DNA from: an uncultured archaeon
GTDB taxonomy: Archaea > Asgardarchaeota > Thorarchaeia > Thorarchaeales > Thorarchaeaceae
Reading direction: 5' to 3'
DNA length: 57,948 bases
NCBI GenBank assembly: GCA_964473825.1
Contig: CAYYQL010000015.1
Coordinates: 1-57,948, forward strand
The notes beneath the pieces are model-generated. The model did no database searches, was not told the DNA's origin, and saw nothing but the letters and a program-made list of their open reading frames with translations. Shown piece after piece: positions 20,295 to 29,976 of the stretch. Position numbers and translations under genes: made by a program. How positions within the stretch are numbered: position 1 is the first letter of the stretch; each line of letters begins with the position of its first letter.

Positions 20295-20887
20295 ACAATC
20301 ACCCCAAATACCTGTGTGTAGAGTATGACAAGGACACTCACAACAACAATGAGTTCTACAGCGCCTGAACGGGGATGCCGCTTAAGCGATGCTACTACTA
20401 TGGAGATATCCCCACTTCGGACACTAGTATTGAACAAGATGCTCACAGCCACATACCAGCAGATGATGACAAGCGGGGGTTCTGAGATTAGATACACAAC
20501 GGGAATTGTGATGAGTGCCATTGCTGTGAAGACGCTGGCAACGATGGTCATGTACAGGGCAGTTAGCACAAGACCAACTCGTGGTGGCTTCTCAATCCGG
20601 AGAAAGAGATCCAACTCACCATAGGTCGCGGATCCACTAACATCCTCGACATCGATCCCTCCAATCTTAGCGATGATGTATCTGAGTGTCACAAACACAA
20701 TGCTGCCTGGCAAGAATACTATACTCAAGATAGTAAGCAAAGGATTTCGGGTCCAATCCTCGAATTCCCGTTTCTGTCCGGTCAGAAGCACCACACCTCG
20801 CAATATGCCGACTATCAGGACTACGGTGGGAGTAATCATAACCGAGAATAGGAGATTGCCAACGATGAGCGATGTTAGGTCATCCAT
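20291..20887 (-). CDS. Membrane protein resembling an M50-like zincin peptidase with the HExxH motif lost
   Basis: ~5 TM segments. FLPGSIVFVTLRYIIAKIGG aligns by eye to the ..PG..IHELSH...AK..G pattern. GTGA overlap with the giant protein gene. Confidence 0.55.
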   Translation of the reverse strand: MDDLTSLIVGNLLFSVMITPTVVLIVGILRGVVLLTGQKREFEDWTRNPLLTILSIVFLPGSIVFVTLRYIIAKIGGIDVEDVSGSATYGELDLFLRIEKPPRVGLVLTALYMTIVASVFTAMALITIPVVYLISEPPLVIICWYVAVSILFNTSVRSGDISIVVASLKRHPRSGAVELIVVVSVLVILYTQVFGVIV

Positions 20888-21022
20888 TTGTTGTTCGCCA
20901 TCCTCACACCTATGTTGGTGTACGGTATGAGTAGAGCTGCAAAATAGATAAGATATCGGTCAGACATCAATCAAGCATTTGACGCCTTCTCTGGTCAGTA
21001 TGGAGATTTAGAAGACGTTATG

Positions 21023-21112
21023 GTAACTGTTAAGCCATCAAACATTCCTACGATGGACAATGACCATTATCAACACCCCTTATGATCACGGATTGGACAA
21101 ATGTATATACAA
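21023..21112 (+). promoter_or_regulatory. Conserved intergenic module copy C (upstream box + BRE/TATA-like box), upstream of 21141
   Basis: GTAACTGTTAAGCCATCAAA (21023-21042) starts 70 nt before TTGGACAAATGTATATACAA (21093-21112), the same spacing as in copies A and B. Confidence 0.65.
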
Positions 21113-21140
21113 GAAGGGCGATTAAGACGGGTGTGAGAGA

Positions 21141-22877
21141 ATGGATCTTACAAGAGTGCGCTGGACCGAGAATATGCGGAGAGAGATTCCCGACTACAGA
21201 GTAGTTGCTCAGCTTGCCGAGCGTACCGACCCATCATTTACCTACGAGAGGTTTGAAGCCTCAGCAGGATTGGACCCCCTCTCAGATGAACCTGTAGACT
21301 GGGATACTATAGTAGGAGACCTTGGACAGACCGAGGAGTACGAGAGAGTCCTTACAGCACCAAATCTATGGCTTCAGATGTGTGGCATTCTTCCTCTGGA
21401 CCGGTTCGTCTTGGATCCACTCCTCGTAGAATCGCGGCTACTCTATGCGGATAGGACCTTGAGAGAGGCAAAGGAGAGCTTCTTGCCAACAGTTCATATG
21501 TACCTCCAGTCCATTGATTCAGCCGCGTCAATCTCGGACGACGAGGAATCACTCGTCTTGGATGAGACCAGACTCAGAAGGTCTCTCTGCTACACAATGG
21601 CAAGAACTGTCATGGGCCTACCCCACCACGTTCAGAAGATAATCGATGCAAAAGGTCTTGATCCGTTGACCCGCTCATTGATCAACGTTGTACTCATGGC
21701 CCGTGCGACTGGTAGGCGCATTAGCTGGAGTTCGCTGTTAACATCCGCGAGGAATGCTAATAGCTGGGCCGCAAGAGACCCTGTAGCCTTCTATCCTGTG
21801 TCGGGATTGATCGACTGGGAGAATGACTTTGTGGTGGGCATTGCCTCACGCTCGTTGAAGGGACTTCTGATGCAGGGACTTGCCAAGTTCTGCGCATATG
21901 TCAATAGACTCGGGGGGATTGTCAACCTGACCACTGGCCTGGTAGAAGAAGCCCTTGACCAGAGCCGTACTATGGCACATCGAAAGTTGCGAGAAATGGA
22001 AACCTTCATCTCCGAGACCTTCATGCTGAACCTACAAACACTCGGACTCAGATATCGTGTCGTGTTCTCGGAGGCAGCACGACCAATCATATGGAACACG
22101 GGACTTGCTGAACTCATCGAGCTTGCTGACAGTGACTACCTCATTGCACAGCTCTATCTGGAAACTATGGACTGTGACCCGCCCGACCTGCCTGACAATA
22201 CCTTCACTGTTGCTGCTCGGGGTGAAACATGTTCCATGCACATGGGCATGTTCAAGCCCCAGACCTCAGAGGGAAAAGAAGGCGGCGCCTGGGATTTCAC
22301 CCCTTGGGAACCTGAAGGTGCAATCTCAAGCCCACTCTGGATCCGTAGGAGGACTCCACAGAAGCCTCCGGGTCGCACGCCGTCTCAGACTGACCTGACC
22401 CTCCTCGGACTCCTTGTCGGACACAATGGCTGTTCGCGGAGTAGATACGAACTGATGAATCGTTCGGGAATGCCCAATAGCACCATCTATCAGTCACTGA
22501 GGAACATAGAAGAATATCAGTACGTAACCCAGTTTCTGCACCCCGCCCCTGAATCCTGCTATCTTGGAGATCGAATCATGCTCGCAGTTCGCTGTAATTC
22601 AGCGAGCAGCCTTGAAAACCTGAACTCATGGCTTCTCAGCATCATGCCCTTCGCCCGCATAGTGGCGGACGATAACAATTCATGCCTCCTTGCTCGAGTA
22701 AATGTGCCGCTCTATCGTGGTCCTCTATCGGCCGCCTTGATATCAGAACGCTTGAGTGATGAATTCCATCCGGACGACTTCGCTATAGGAACTGTGAGAT
22801 CCGAAAGATCGTACTGGTTCAGTGTCCTCAAGTCGCTCTATGGTGATGACAGGATTCCCTCTAGTCCATGGAACTAA
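21141..22877 (+). CDS. Large putative regulator with tandem winged-HTH / Lrp-AsnC-like modules
   Basis: HTH-like ALDQSRTMAHRKLREM followed by the Lrp-like linker NLQTLGL. Second wHTH DLTLLGLL...YELMNRSGMPNSTIYQSLRNIEE, then a beta-alpha-beta (RAM-like) region. Recognised by eye only. Confidence 0.55.
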   Translation: MDLTRVRWTENMRREIPDYRVVAQLAERTDPSFTYERFEASAGLDPLSDEPVDWDTIVGDLGQTEEYERVLTAPNLWLQMCGILPLDRFVLDPLLVESRLLYADRTLREAKESFLPTVHMYLQSIDSAASISDDEESLVLDETRLRRSLCYTMARTVMGLPHHVQKIIDAKGLDPLTRSLINVVLMARATGRRISWSSLLTSARNANSWAARDPVAFYPVSGLIDWENDFVVGIASRSLKGLLMQGLAKFCAYVNRLGGIVNLTTGLVEEALDQSRTMAHRKLREMETFISETFMLNLQTLGLRYRVVFSEAARPIIWNTGLAELIELADSDYLIAQLYLETMDCDPPDLPDNTFTVAARGETCSMHMGMFKPQTSEGKEGGAWDFTPWEPEGAISSPLWIRRRTPQKPPGRTPSQTDLTLLGLLVGHNGCSRSRYELMNRSGMPNSTIYQSLRNIEEYQYVTQFLHPAPESCYLGDRIMLAVRCNSASSLENLNSWLLSIMPFARIVADDNNSCLLARVNVPLYRGPLSAALISERLSDEFHPDDFAIGTVRSERSYWFSVLKSLYGDDRIPSSPWN

Positions 22878-22962
22878 GTATTCATCATTTTCAGAATCAG
22901 CATTCCAAGCGGAGTGGAAGCAAGGTCATGGACTATTAGAAGGGGACCTCATTGCAGGTCTA

Positions 22963-23955
22963 TCATCGAACAAAGCTCTCAAGCGTGGATTGGGTGTTTC
23001 CAAAGTCCTTCCAGGACCAAACGAGGTCTCGTGTTATCTTCTCGGCCCTATCCTCATTCATTGTCAGACTGAGCATCTTCACCAGACGAGATGGTAGTGG
23101 CGGAGACAGAGTGAAATTGGTATTCCCGACATGAATTGATATCTCGCCCTCATCAAAGACCTCTCTTGCGCGCATCAACCCATCCCTCTCTTCGAAAGAA
23201 ACACCAAGATGTCTTAGAACCGATTGTAGGTCACCATGCCTGCGCAACAAGACTGTACCCTTCCTCGGACCGATACCTTTCACTCCAGAGTGGAAATCAC
23301 ATCCAGATAGGACTGCAAGGTCACGCAACTGTGAGGGGGTCAGGGTTGTTTCACTGATCAATGATGCCAGTGTGGTGCTCTCGATACGACCCTGTGTGAG
23401 TTCCAAAGCTCTGGTTGCATGAGGCGAACCAAAAAGGATCGTATCGGCGTCGTTGCTGACCACCGTGCCCACCTTTCTCTCACGGCATAACACGGCAGCG
23501 AAAAGCTCTGCCTCTGATGGCGCAGTGATCCCAGGAATGCCACAAAGACTGCATAAGTCCTTGACATGTTCAGCAGCAAAGTAGAGTCGAAGGGCAGGGC
23601 TGGTACGTAGATCATAGGCAATATCTTCATCGTACGCAGTCCCATTGCCACAGAATCGCCGATACAAACGATGTGCGTTCAAGACAAGCTCAGGGTTGGC
23701 ACGGCGCTTCAAGGCCTCAGGTGGCCCGTCAAATACGAATACGGGAAAAACATTGGCTCGAAGCGAGGCACGCACGATGCCAACAAGGATAGACACATGC
23801 TCTGTGGGAATCCGCTCTGGATTCCTCGGGTTTGAAAACACACTGAGCCTCCTTGACATGTAATTCGGAAAGTCGATAGCAAGTATCGGTACGCTAATGT
23901 CCTCCAAGGACTGCCAGCTCCAGTGCAACAGACCCTTCCAGTTACGCACGCCCAT
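22963..23955 (-). CDS. FEN1/XPG-family structure-specific 5' nuclease (paralog)
   Basis: MGV start, LAID, FVFDGPP..LK, APSEAE, SNDADTILFG, SGCDF...VKGIGPRKG (H3TH), C-terminal PIP-like QSTLESF. Confidence 0.92.
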   Translation of the reverse strand: MGVRNWKGLLHWSWQSLEDISVPILAIDFPNYMSRRLSVFSNPRNPERIPTEHVSILVGIVRASLRANVFPVFVFDGPPEALKRRANPELVLNAHRLYRRFCGNGTAYDEDIAYDLRTSPALRLYFAAEHVKDLCSLCGIPGITAPSEAELFAAVLCRERKVGTVVSNDADTILFGSPHATRALELTQGRIESTTLASLISETTLTPSQLRDLAVLSGCDFHSGVKGIGPRKGTVLLRRHGDLQSVLRHLGVSFEERDGLMRAREVFDEGEISIHVGNTNFTLSPPLPSRLVKMLSLTMNEDRAEKITRDLVWSWKDFGNTQSTLESFVR

Positions 23956-24684
23956 TCACGTTTCGCTCCTTATCGACCTAATACCCCCCGGACCGAGTCG
24001 TATGATCACTGCATCATAATCGACCTCGGATGGTGCACGTTCAATATGCACCTTGACATATTCGTTCATCTCTTCGCCCGCAACACTTGCAATATATACC
24101 ACGCTATCTACTGCATGGGCCAAAATGTTCCCGCCTGCAGGTCGACGAGTCCCATCACTCCACCTTTTAGTCGAATGATCAGTGAACACTACGGTCGAAT
24201 CGTTGTCATTTACAAAGCAGCGCAGGGCGTCAAGTGCTGCGAAGAATCTCCGGTTTGACTCCTTGCTATAAGGGCCACCACTAAGATTCAGGGCTCCGGT
24301 GAGACTGTCAATAATCACAAGTCTCGGTCCGAGAACAGCCATATCATCGATGAGGTCTACCAATGATTCCAACCCGAGAATCCTAGCAACATGGATTCTC
24401 GCCAGCACTTCCAGTTCCGACCCCGAGGAGAGTGCCCGAACTGAAGCAGAGGAGTAGTTAGTCCCCGAGTCTATGAAGGCTACTTCTGTATCAGACTTGG
24501 CGGCTGAAACTGCCAAGAGATGAGCAAACCATGTTAGAGGGGCTCGCTCACCGCTGTATACTACTGACATGAGCCGAGGCTGAAACGAGGACCCTAGCAC
24601 TGTATGCAGTACGTCAGGCTGTAACTGAATCTCTACGCCTGAATAGCCATTCTGCAAAGGGACTTCTCTAGGCAAGATTATCAC
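23956..24684 (-). CDS. RecA/Rad51-fold paralog, probably inactive (Walker A lost)
   Basis: LHTVLGSSFQPRLMSVVYSGERAPLTW replaces LD..LGGG...G....GKT. VAFIDS, LVIIDSL (Walker B) and PAGGNILAHAVD are retained. Confidence 0.8.
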   Translation of the reverse strand: MIILPREVPLQNGYSGVEIQLQPDVLHTVLGSSFQPRLMSVVYSGERAPLTWFAHLLAVSAAKSDTEVAFIDSGTNYSSASVRALSSGSELEVLARIHVARILGLESLVDLIDDMAVLGPRLVIIDSLTGALNLSGGPYSKESNRRFFAALDALRCFVNDNDSTVVFTDHSTKRWSDGTRRPAGGNILAHAVDSVVYIASVAGEEMNEYVKVHIERAPSEVDYDAVIIRLGPGGIRSIRSET

Positions 24685-25552
24685 CTGTTACCAGCTCATG
24701 GCAGACCAGTGCACGGTATGCTTGACCAGAAGAGAGTGGTTCAGTAGGTATTCCAGGCACTATGCTGCGAGGAACGAGAACTGAAACTCCCTCTGGAGAG
24801 GGGAAAAGCATCATGCGTACAGGCCATCTCTCGATAACTCTTTCTTTCGATGATGGAACGAGACTCACATAGTCTTTAGGCCGAACGCTGTCACTCAGCG
24901 GAAGGGCCAGCACAATGGACTCGAGCAGCATGTCCATTCGACTATATCGGAGACCATACTCATCTAGCACGCGACAAACACTCTCCAACTGACGAATTGG
25001 AAAAATTATAGTGTCAAGGTCTTGAAGTATCCAGATACTGACTCGAAGGACGCTTCTTTCATCCAGCATTCGAAGAACGGATTCACGCTGACCCTTTTCA
25101 AGCTCGAAGACCCGGAGATTCAAGGTAGAGATATCGTGTTGAAATACCGAGGAATAGGGCATTGACAGGACCATGGATATTTTCTTGGGATCCCGGACTA
25201 AAGCCATCAGAACGCAGACACCTCCTACCGAGCCAAGCAGCATTACTATCCCGGAAGGCAGCACGATGAAGAAGATTGCCAGACAGAGCATTCCCCCGAG
25301 AACAAGAGACATCGCATCAAGTATCGTCTTTGCGAGGTTCAACTTCTGACCCTCTTCTGACTTCACTGACTTCACCTGTCCGGACTTGTAGATCATCCCA
25401 AACGTCAAGACAGCCAACAAGATTAGGGGGGTTATGTTTCCCAGTCTAACCATAACGACAATAGAAGTTATCAAGGCCAACAATTCGGCCCCTATTGCCA
25501 AGACTACAGCTGCTGCAACAACATGCTTGGCAATGCGAAGTATGCCTATCAC
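24668..25552 (-). CDS. Membrane protein (4 N-terminal TM plus soluble domain), unknown function
   Basis: Hydrophobic N-terminal ~120 aa; overlaps both neighbouring genes. Confidence 0.75.
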   Translation of the reverse strand: MIGILRIAKHVVAAAVVLAIGAELLALITSIVVMVRLGNITPLILLAVLTFGMIYKSGQVKSVKSEEGQKLNLAKTILDAMSLVLGGMLCLAIFFIVLPSGIVMLLGSVGGVCVLMALVRDPKKISMVLSMPYSSVFQHDISTLNLRVFELEKGQRESVLRMLDERSVLRVSIWILQDLDTIIFPIRQLESVCRVLDEYGLRYSRMDMLLESIVLALPLSDSVRPKDYVSLVPSSKERVIERWPVRMMLFPSPEGVSVLVPRSIVPGIPTEPLSSGQAYRALVCHELVTGDNLA

Positions 25553-26175
25553 AGAACTACGCCCTCCTCCTCAAAGCTCAGCCTGTTGTTCGCGACTCTG
25601 AATCTCCAACATCGATCCCTTTCATTATCGTGGAGAGAGAAGGCGTCTGGGGAACCATCAGTATTAAGCTGCAGGTCAATATCAGCCCATTTCTTAATCG
25701 CCGCATGATGTACTGGCAACTGGTTTCCATCCAGTTCTCGAATTTGATTGGTGGCAACAATCGTAATACCCCTTGACAGCGACAAAGACACAATTGTAGG
25801 TAGCACCTCCTCGATGAGCTCTCGTCCCCAAGGGGAACCATCTCGCCGGCCCATATGAAGCACTCTCGTGATAGGATCAATGACAATGGTTTTCGTGTCA
25901 TCACGCAGTCTCTCCCGTAGTGTCAGGAGAGTCTGAATTGCGTCAGCCGGGTCTTGCGTGACGAGTATAGTTAGATTGTCCTTGAAACCTCCGTATGCGT
26001 CAAACATATTCCTCAGAGTCTTCATGAAGACGTATTTCCCGTCAAGGCATAACCATAGGACATGCCCCTCACGAGAACGTTTTGCGGCAATTGCGGAGCA
26101 AAGGAGTGTCTTCCCGGACCCTCCAATTCCCCAGATGTGCACGAGGCCGTTCAGGATACCAACGTCTGACACCAA
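25549..26175 (-). CDS. RadB-like RecA-fold ATPase
   Basis: HIWGIGGSGKT (Walker A), WLCLDG, IVIDPIT (Walker B), VATNQIRE. No N-terminal HhH domain. Confidence 0.85.
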   Translation of the reverse strand: MVSDVGILNGLVHIWGIGGSGKTLLCSAIAAKRSREGHVLWLCLDGKYVFMKTLRNMFDAYGGFKDNLTILVTQDPADAIQTLLTLRERLRDDTKTIVIDPITRVLHMGRRDGSPWGRELIEEVLPTIVSLSLSRGITIVATNQIRELDGNQLPVHHAAIKKWADIDLQLNTDGSPDAFSLHDNERDRCWRFRVANNRLSFEEEGVVL

Positions 26176-27810
26176 TTAGTCCTCCGTCTTCTTTAGGGCG
26201 GCACTCGTTGTTGACCCGTCCTCGTGGTTGATCCGTTCGTCCACAAGGCTATTCCTACGACCCACGATTTCAAGGCCCGTGAGAATCGGCTCGTGTGTAG
26301 CACAATCATCCGCGTCTGGCGCGATATCGGAGCCGGCACGTCTTGGCTCTTCTTGATCGGAGACGTCGGTCACCGAGCAAGCCGGGTCTTTGACCACTAT
26401 CTCCTCATCGGAAATCGCATCATGTACGCCCGCCTCCTCACCGCTCTTGTTAATGTCAGAGACCAGTTTGTCCTCTTCGGTTCTCCCAGTTAGTTCGGAG
26501 TCTGTATTATGGAGTTCTTCGTCAAATGTCTGAGCAGCCTTACCCAGACAATGATAGTTGATTGTGTCATCGACTATGCTCTTGGCCTCTGAACGCAGAA
26601 GTCCAGCTTGGAACAGAACGTCATTGAGAAGCGTGATATGCTTGATGAACTCCTCTTCTGAGAGAGGATTCGTTACATGTCCGGTCAGTGCAGCATATGA
26701 GAGGGCAATGCCTTCTTTCTGCTTTTCAATGCCTGGAACTCCCAGTCCTTCGAATAGGCCGATGAACTTGGCAAGACCCTTATCTCCAGAATAGTCATTG
26801 TCAACAGAACTAGATCTGAGAATGCACTCGCTGAAGACTTGGTCACAACGCTCCACAGCACTATCCAGGTCGTCCTCAGCGAGGGAGCGCGCGGCAAGAG
26901 ATAACATTGGAGAAATGACGAAATTCAGTTCGGCCATTTTCTCAATATCTTGCTTATTCTCGTCCAAGCTTCTCTTGAACCGTGACATATCGCCGATGCT
27001 CTTCGTAGCCTCCCGTTCAACCTGGCATACGGAACGAAAGTCATTCACAGCTTTCCGTGTCACCACAAGAAAGCACATCATGAAGAGGATGTCACCCAAG
27101 AGCAGAAGCAGAGGGATGAGAGATGCTACGGAGAGCAGAGCTAGAATGTTCGCAGCTGCAAAGATCAGTGCCGCGACCATATACCAACCTCTCACTCCCT
27201 TTTTCAGATGGTCCCATTTCTTCGAGTCTATACTCTTGGACAGCTCGGTGACACGCATCCGTCGGTCGCTACTAACGGAGATTGAGAACTCATCCAAGCC
27301 TATGATTTGGTTCTCATCGGTGAACCAACCCAGGTCGGATGAAGGGCGAGCACCATCAACAATAACGTACGCAGATCTCGACTCGAAGACCTCTGACCCG
27401 TTATCGTCATTCTCAGGTAGCAGCACAGGGATTTCAAGGGTCCCGCAGATAGTAGGAACTCTTCGTAGCTGCAGACGCTCACCAGAGTTCACGATGTTCA
27501 ACAACCGTTCCAATGGCTGAGTTGCAATCTCCAAGACCTCACTCTTGATGGCAAGGGGACTTCTCCCAAAGCTACTATTTCGAAGGTCGAGAACAATCAA
27601 TGTATCAACCAAGACCGAGTTTGTACCTTTGATTCCAATGTAGTTAGTACCAGCCAAGAGTCCATTCGCAAACTGGTGAGTGGTGTAGCCCATCTTATGC
27701 AATATACGCGCTATGTCACTCTCAGTTTCTGTAGGAGTTTCCTTAGACTCGGTCTCAGGATGTTCTTCAGTCGTTTCCTCTATCACTCTCTTCTCTGTCG
27801 CTTCCATCAT
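26176..27810 (-). CDS. Two-TM membrane protein with a helical domain and acidic low-complexity termini
   Basis: Track ORF 26176-27849; ATG at 27810 follows an SD-like GAGGAGG. Central TM hairpin WYMVAALIF...FMMCFLVV. Confidence 0.78.
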   Translation of the reverse strand: MMEATEKRVIEETTEEHPETESKETPTETESDIARILHKMGYTTHQFANGLLAGTNYIGIKGTNSVLVDTLIVLDLRNSSFGRSPLAIKSEVLEIATQPLERLLNIVNSGERLQLRRVPTICGTLEIPVLLPENDDNGSEVFESRSAYVIVDGARPSSDLGWFTDENQIIGLDEFSISVSSDRRMRVTELSKSIDSKKWDHLKKGVRGWYMVAALIFAAANILALLSVASLIPLLLLLGDILFMMCFLVVTRKAVNDFRSVCQVEREATKSIGDMSRFKRSLDENKQDIEKMAELNFVISPMLSLAARSLAEDDLDSAVERCDQVFSECILRSSSVDNDYSGDKGLAKFIGLFEGLGVPGIEKQKEGIALSYAALTGHVTNPLSEEEFIKHITLLNDVLFQAGLLRSEAKSIVDDTINYHCLGKAAQTFDEELHNTDSELTGRTEEDKLVSDINKSGEEAGVHDAISDEEIVVKDPACSVTDVSDQEEPRRAGSDIAPDADDCATHEPILTGLEIVGRRNSLVDERINHEDGSTTSAALKKTED

Positions 27811-29938
27811 ACTTTCCTCCTCGTCGTTCCTCAATTCGCCGGTAGACATCCCATGCCATCTCTGCGACTCGCTTCATGTTTCCAGCCTCAGCAATAGCCG
27901 CGATGCCATAGAGCAGCCAAATAGTTAAGTCCAGTAGAGCATGGATATCCCCGATATTCAAGTCACATCTTTCAGCTATCTCCTCTACGGACATAGAAGT
28001 GGAAACTATTGTGCCCACGATGAATTCCAGATCAATGCCTGCTTGCCCACCCTCACACCTTACGGCTATCTTCAATAGGTCTAGCAGGTCGATACTGCTT
28101 TCTGTAAGCGGCAGCAACGGCAACATCTCTCGCACTGTTCCCGGACTCAAGTAGAGCCTTGAGACTATCTTCCCAAGATGTGTTGCTCGTAAACCATCTC
28201 GCCCACCCTCGACCAGTCCCATCCGAACAAGCATCCGAACAGGACTTGACTCACTCAGTGACAAGGGAATGACATAGTCGGCAATCTCCTGATGCGTCCG
28301 GGCAGCATATACACCGAGATTCACAAGATGTGGGCACAGTACTCCCGATTCGCCAAGAGGCCGTCCACAACTACACATCGCACCCTCAGACATACCGCTT
28401 TGGTCTCGTCTGATTGAGAACCGGCAGGATGCATTAGTACCACCATCTGATATAAGAGCACCAACAACTGAATCAGAAATCTCTCGTAAGTCCACGGTGC
28501 CCAACACATTTTGCCTAGCCGCTCGAACAGTGCCGCTAAGCGCGTGCTTTTCGATTGCAGCGTCTGCTGAGACCTCTTCGAAGATGAAGCTCCTCATGGG
28601 GGCCATAGTGTCACGGACAGCCACAAACTGCAGGTAACTATCTGCAAAATAGTCATGTTCAATGGTCTCCAGATTGGCCCCTCCAAGAAAGTCAACGGCG
28701 ACTAAGAGCTGCTCGGTTAGGGCTGCAGAGTTATTTAGTGAGCTGTCTATCCGTAAGAACTTCGGCTCGAGACTACCAGCTCCCTCAAGGAAGTATCTAG
28801 ACTTCACCATCTCCGCCTCTCCACGGCTCTCAGTTATCACCACACCGAAACCTTTCGCGTCCTTTCCTGGCCGTCCAGCACGTCCGAGCATTTGATGTAG
28901 TCTGTTTGTATCGATGTAGTCTGTATGATTACCGGGACTTCGCACGCTGCTTACGATAACGGTACGAGCAGGGAGATCCATACCAGAGCCGAGGGTTGTG
29001 GTAGAACAAACCAACCTCACCATACCCTTCTGAAACATTGTTTCCACAAGACGCCTTGTTGGGGCGTCGAGCCCAGCGTGATGGTAGGCAACACCAGACT
29101 CGAGAAGGGTCTGAAGTGTTAATGGAACGGTGGTTCCGTAATGCTCAATGCTCTGGCGTTCAGACACTATTGCGTCCCTCTCCCGTGAGGTGAGCTGCCT
29201 AGTCACACTAGGTGCTAGTCTTTCGGCGATGGACTCTGTTGATGCCCTTGTCCTCAAGAATACAAGCACCTGCCCATTGCTTCTCACCGTTGACATCACC
29301 ACCCTCTTGATGGTCTCTCGACGATCATCGGTTTCCAGAACCGCACATTGGAGCGGCACAGGGCGTTCGTTCGACTCTACAAGCCTGCATCCAAGCCACT
29401 CAGCCAATTCGTCAGGTGCACCCACGGTGGCGGAGAGCGCAATAATCTGCAGGTTTTCAGGAATACTCCGTCGCATACGCATGATCACAGTTTCGAGGCG
29501 AGGTCCGCGGTTCAAGTCGCCCAAGTTCTGTATCTCATCGATGACCAATGTTCCGATGTCATTAATCCAACCTGTGCGGTGGCGCAAGAGAGAATCAGCA
29601 CGTTCGTAAGTCGTTACGATGATGTCATTCTCACTTAGCTCGTCTCCCACATGCTGGTAGTCACCAGTACTGAGACCCACCGACAGGCCCGTCAGATTCT
29701 GGTATCGTCCTCGCAGAGTGGTTGCGACCTGTCGAGCGAGAGCACGCAGAGGAACGATGTAGAGCCCCTTACGACCCTCAAAGACTGCCCGCAGCAGAGC
29801 CATCTCTCCTATCAGTGTCTTCCCCGACCCCGTTGGAGAAGAAACCATGATACTTGTTCCTTCCAAGAGACCGTTCTCAATCGCATCAATCTGAACACCC
29901 TTCGGCTTCAATCCCACGCGTGTCAAGAGAGCCTGCAC
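27767..29938 (-). CDS. Hel308/Ski2-like SF2 helicase with an inserted SWIM zinc finger
   Basis: SPTGSGKT, DEIQ, ALSAT, RPVPL, YHHAGL, TTTLGSGMDLPA, QMLGRAGRPG; CSC-x9-CPH SWIM motif. Confidence 0.92.
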   Translation of the reverse strand: MQALLTRVGLKPKGVQIDAIENGLLEGTSIMVSSPTGSGKTLIGEMALLRAVFEGRKGLYIVPLRALARQVATTLRGRYQNLTGLSVGLSTGDYQHVGDELSENDIIVTTYERADSLLRHRTGWINDIGTLVIDEIQNLGDLNRGPRLETVIMRMRRSIPENLQIIALSATVGAPDELAEWLGCRLVESNERPVPLQCAVLETDDRRETIKRVVMSTVRSNGQVLVFLRTRASTESIAERLAPSVTRQLTSRERDAIVSERQSIEHYGTTVPLTLQTLLESGVAYHHAGLDAPTRRLVETMFQKGMVRLVCSTTTLGSGMDLPARTVIVSSVRSPGNHTDYIDTNRLHQMLGRAGRPGKDAKGFGVVITESRGEAEMVKSRYFLEGAGSLEPKFLRIDSSLNNSAALTEQLLVAVDFLGGANLETIEHDYFADSYLQFVAVRDTMAPMRSFIFEEVSADAAIEKHALSGTVRAARQNVLGTVDLREISDSVVGALISDGGTNASCRFSIRRDQSGMSEGAMCSCGRPLGESGVLCPHLVNLGVYAARTHQEIADYVIPLSLSESSPVRMLVRMGLVEGGRDGLRATHLGKIVSRLYLSPGTVREMLPLLPLTESSIDLLDLLKIAVRCEGGQAGIDLEFIVGTIVSTSMSVEEIAERCDLNIGDIHALLDLTIWLLYGIAAIAEAGNMKRVAEMAWDVYRRIEERRGGKYDGSDREESDRGND

Positions 29939-29976
29939 ATCGGTACGTACACTATTCTCCGAGGAAGTCGTTGATG

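Noticed and set aside
26798-27520. 240-aa plus-strand ORF and the many other antisense/shadow ORFs in the track
   Set aside because: They lie fully opposite or inside better-supported genes, are Ser/Arg-rich and show no motifs.
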